From the NCBI GenBank assembly GCA_025201805.1, contig MU619281.1:118596-182595 (forward strand): a stretch of DNA of 64,000 bases, in the 5' to 3' direction. Shown one piece after another: positions 62,398-64,000 of this stretch. The notes beneath the pieces are model-generated. The model was not told the DNA's origin and did no database searches. It saw only the letters and a list, made by a program, of their open reading frames with translations. Origin of the DNA: Parasitella parasitica NRRL 2501. Its lineage: Eukaryota > Fungi > Mucoromycota. The position numbers and the translations under genes are program-made. Within the stretch, counting starts at the first letter, position 1. Each line of letters opens with the position of its first letter.

Positions 62398-63617
62398 GGT
62401 TTATTTTTTTAGTTAGTGTTTAAGAATATGTAAAAGAAAAGGGCTAAATTTTTCTTTTTCTTTAAATTTATATGATAATTCAGGAGCTGTTTTTTAATAT
62501 ATCTAGGGATATAAAGAAATTATATGAAAATGAAGAAAGTAAAGAGAAAAAGAAGGGATACAAGTATATTATATTATTATTTATTTTATCGGGATATTTG
62601 CCGAGCCCATGAAATCAGGTCCTCTTCAGTTTTCATGAATTTTGTTTACTGTGATCTGTTGCTGTGTGTCACATCATTGTGTGAATTGTCCTCTTTCATC
62701 TTCTTTGACAAGCTTTGTCTTTTTGCTTTTATTTTTTTAACAGTTGATAGTGAGATATGCTATATTTGTAGCAAAAATATTGATTGTTTGAGAATAAATT
62801 TGAAGGAGAGCGTAAAAATAAGGATGTTCAAATGCATGGTTTTCTGCTATTTAGAATCAAAGATCTTGTGTGTATCAGGTAAAACAACATCTGTTTCTAT
62901 CGGTGATTTAAACAAATTTGATGTAACAGCTAGCTTGTAATGGGTTTGGCAAGACACTAAGTTGGTTTTTATAAACGTTTTCTCATCAGGATAATTTAAC
63001 AAAAGGAATGCAAGATTTTCAGCTAGAGACTGGTTAATATTATGGACTTATGCAAATGCATCGATTTTTCTTTTCTTATTTTTTTACATCAGGTTTTTTA
63101 GACTACATTTATTATAAATATTGCGTATGTCCTTGTAGTTAAAAGAATGCAAACAAGATCAATTATTTGAATTTGAACTATAAAAGTTATTAGGTTATAG
63201 ACATGCCTATAATCCATCGAATGGGCATATAGTAATGTGAAGTTTATGTTCTAAATTAACTTTTTGATACTACATGATTAAGTTTACAAAAGACAGCATT
63301 TGATACTCTTAACAATTGACAAAAAAGAAGGGACACTAATTTAACTTCGAAAAAATTTAGCTACTGTCAGTCAAAAAAATCTATTTTGAATATTTATATC
63401 GTAATGGTACAAGCAATTGTTGTTCGACTTGATCCTTGACCTAGAGTAAGAATCATTTGCAAGCTAGATAATTTAGTTTATTTGGTCTTCTTTAGAGAAA
63501 AAGTAACTCCTAGTGGCTACAGAAGATCGCTTCCTTCTGTCTTTGATTGCTGCTCCATATCGATTTTACCCGTCTCATTTATAAAGCCTATTAATTAACA
63601 AGTTGGGATTACCCCGA

Positions 63618-63820
63618 TCGGCCCATTTGGGCCGACCCTTCCATAATAAATTCCTCCACAGAAATTGAAGATAACATGCTAAAAACTCTTTTCAATATTG
63701 AAATGGGTGTTCTTGTCAGCGATCTAATTGATTTTGTTTGAAAAAAGTGAAAATTGAGCTATCAGGGATTGATTTTCCGGAGGCTGTTTTGCCCGATTTT
63801 AATCAGCCCAAATGGGCCGA
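63618..63820. repeat. Inverted repeat pair (18 bp, self-palindromic arms), MITE-like
   Basis: tcggcccatttgggccga at 63618-63635 and tcagcccaaatgggccga at 63803-63820, reverse complements with 1 mismatch. Confidence 0.7.
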
Positions 63821-64000
63821 CTTTTCGATTATATATAATTTGTATAGTGTATAACAATTTATAAAAAAAAAATTTATAGAAATATACTTAAGCTAATGTA
63901 GAATTATTCAAGAGCTGTTGGCGAGACCAAACTTCTTGTATATGTCTGTCATGACAAGGTTTGCACATGGGCACATCTGGGTTACAAGTGCAAGATTTCT

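Noticed and set aside
1-64000. Mucorales sex locus, CRISPR arrays or prokaryotic systems
   Set aside because: No HMG-box gene, triose-phosphate transporter or RNA helicase flanks. No regularly spaced direct repeats. The sequence is clearly spliced eukaryotic DNA.

Overview
Intron-rich, AT-rich eukaryotic DNA. Gene content and short GT-AG introns point to an early-diverging fungus, most likely Mucorales (inference). Housekeeping genes include LOA1/VPS66-like acyltransferase, OCA6-like phosphatase with a very long Asn tract, CDC73, TYR1, a fungal ADAM protease, Era GTPase, an SH3-EH protein, PPCDC, a FYRN/FYRC protein, a DUF2828/vWA protein, PIRH2, TCF25/RQC1, a Pga1-like protein, GRASP, a NIPA Mg transporter and a homeodomain factor. 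There is one tRNA-Glu(CTC), plus Helitron, Tc1/IS630 and MITE-like relics and a GT4 pseudogene. The main discovery is a locally expanded family of six paralogous seven-exon genes between 8.4 and 35.9 kb, which the ORF track fragments. Spliced by hand, they encode about 310-340 aa orphan 7-transmembrane, GPCR-like proteins. Four look complete, one has exon 1 hidden in an N gap, and one is a pseudogene. Five copies share a conserved 17-19 bp upstream element (consensus GAAACAATGAAATTTGAAG) that contains an HMG-box-type AACAATG core and, in two copies, an exact Ste12-type TGAAACA. This suggests a co-regulated, diversifying receptor array, possibly mating-related (hypothesis). All exon boundaries were read by eye and are approximate.
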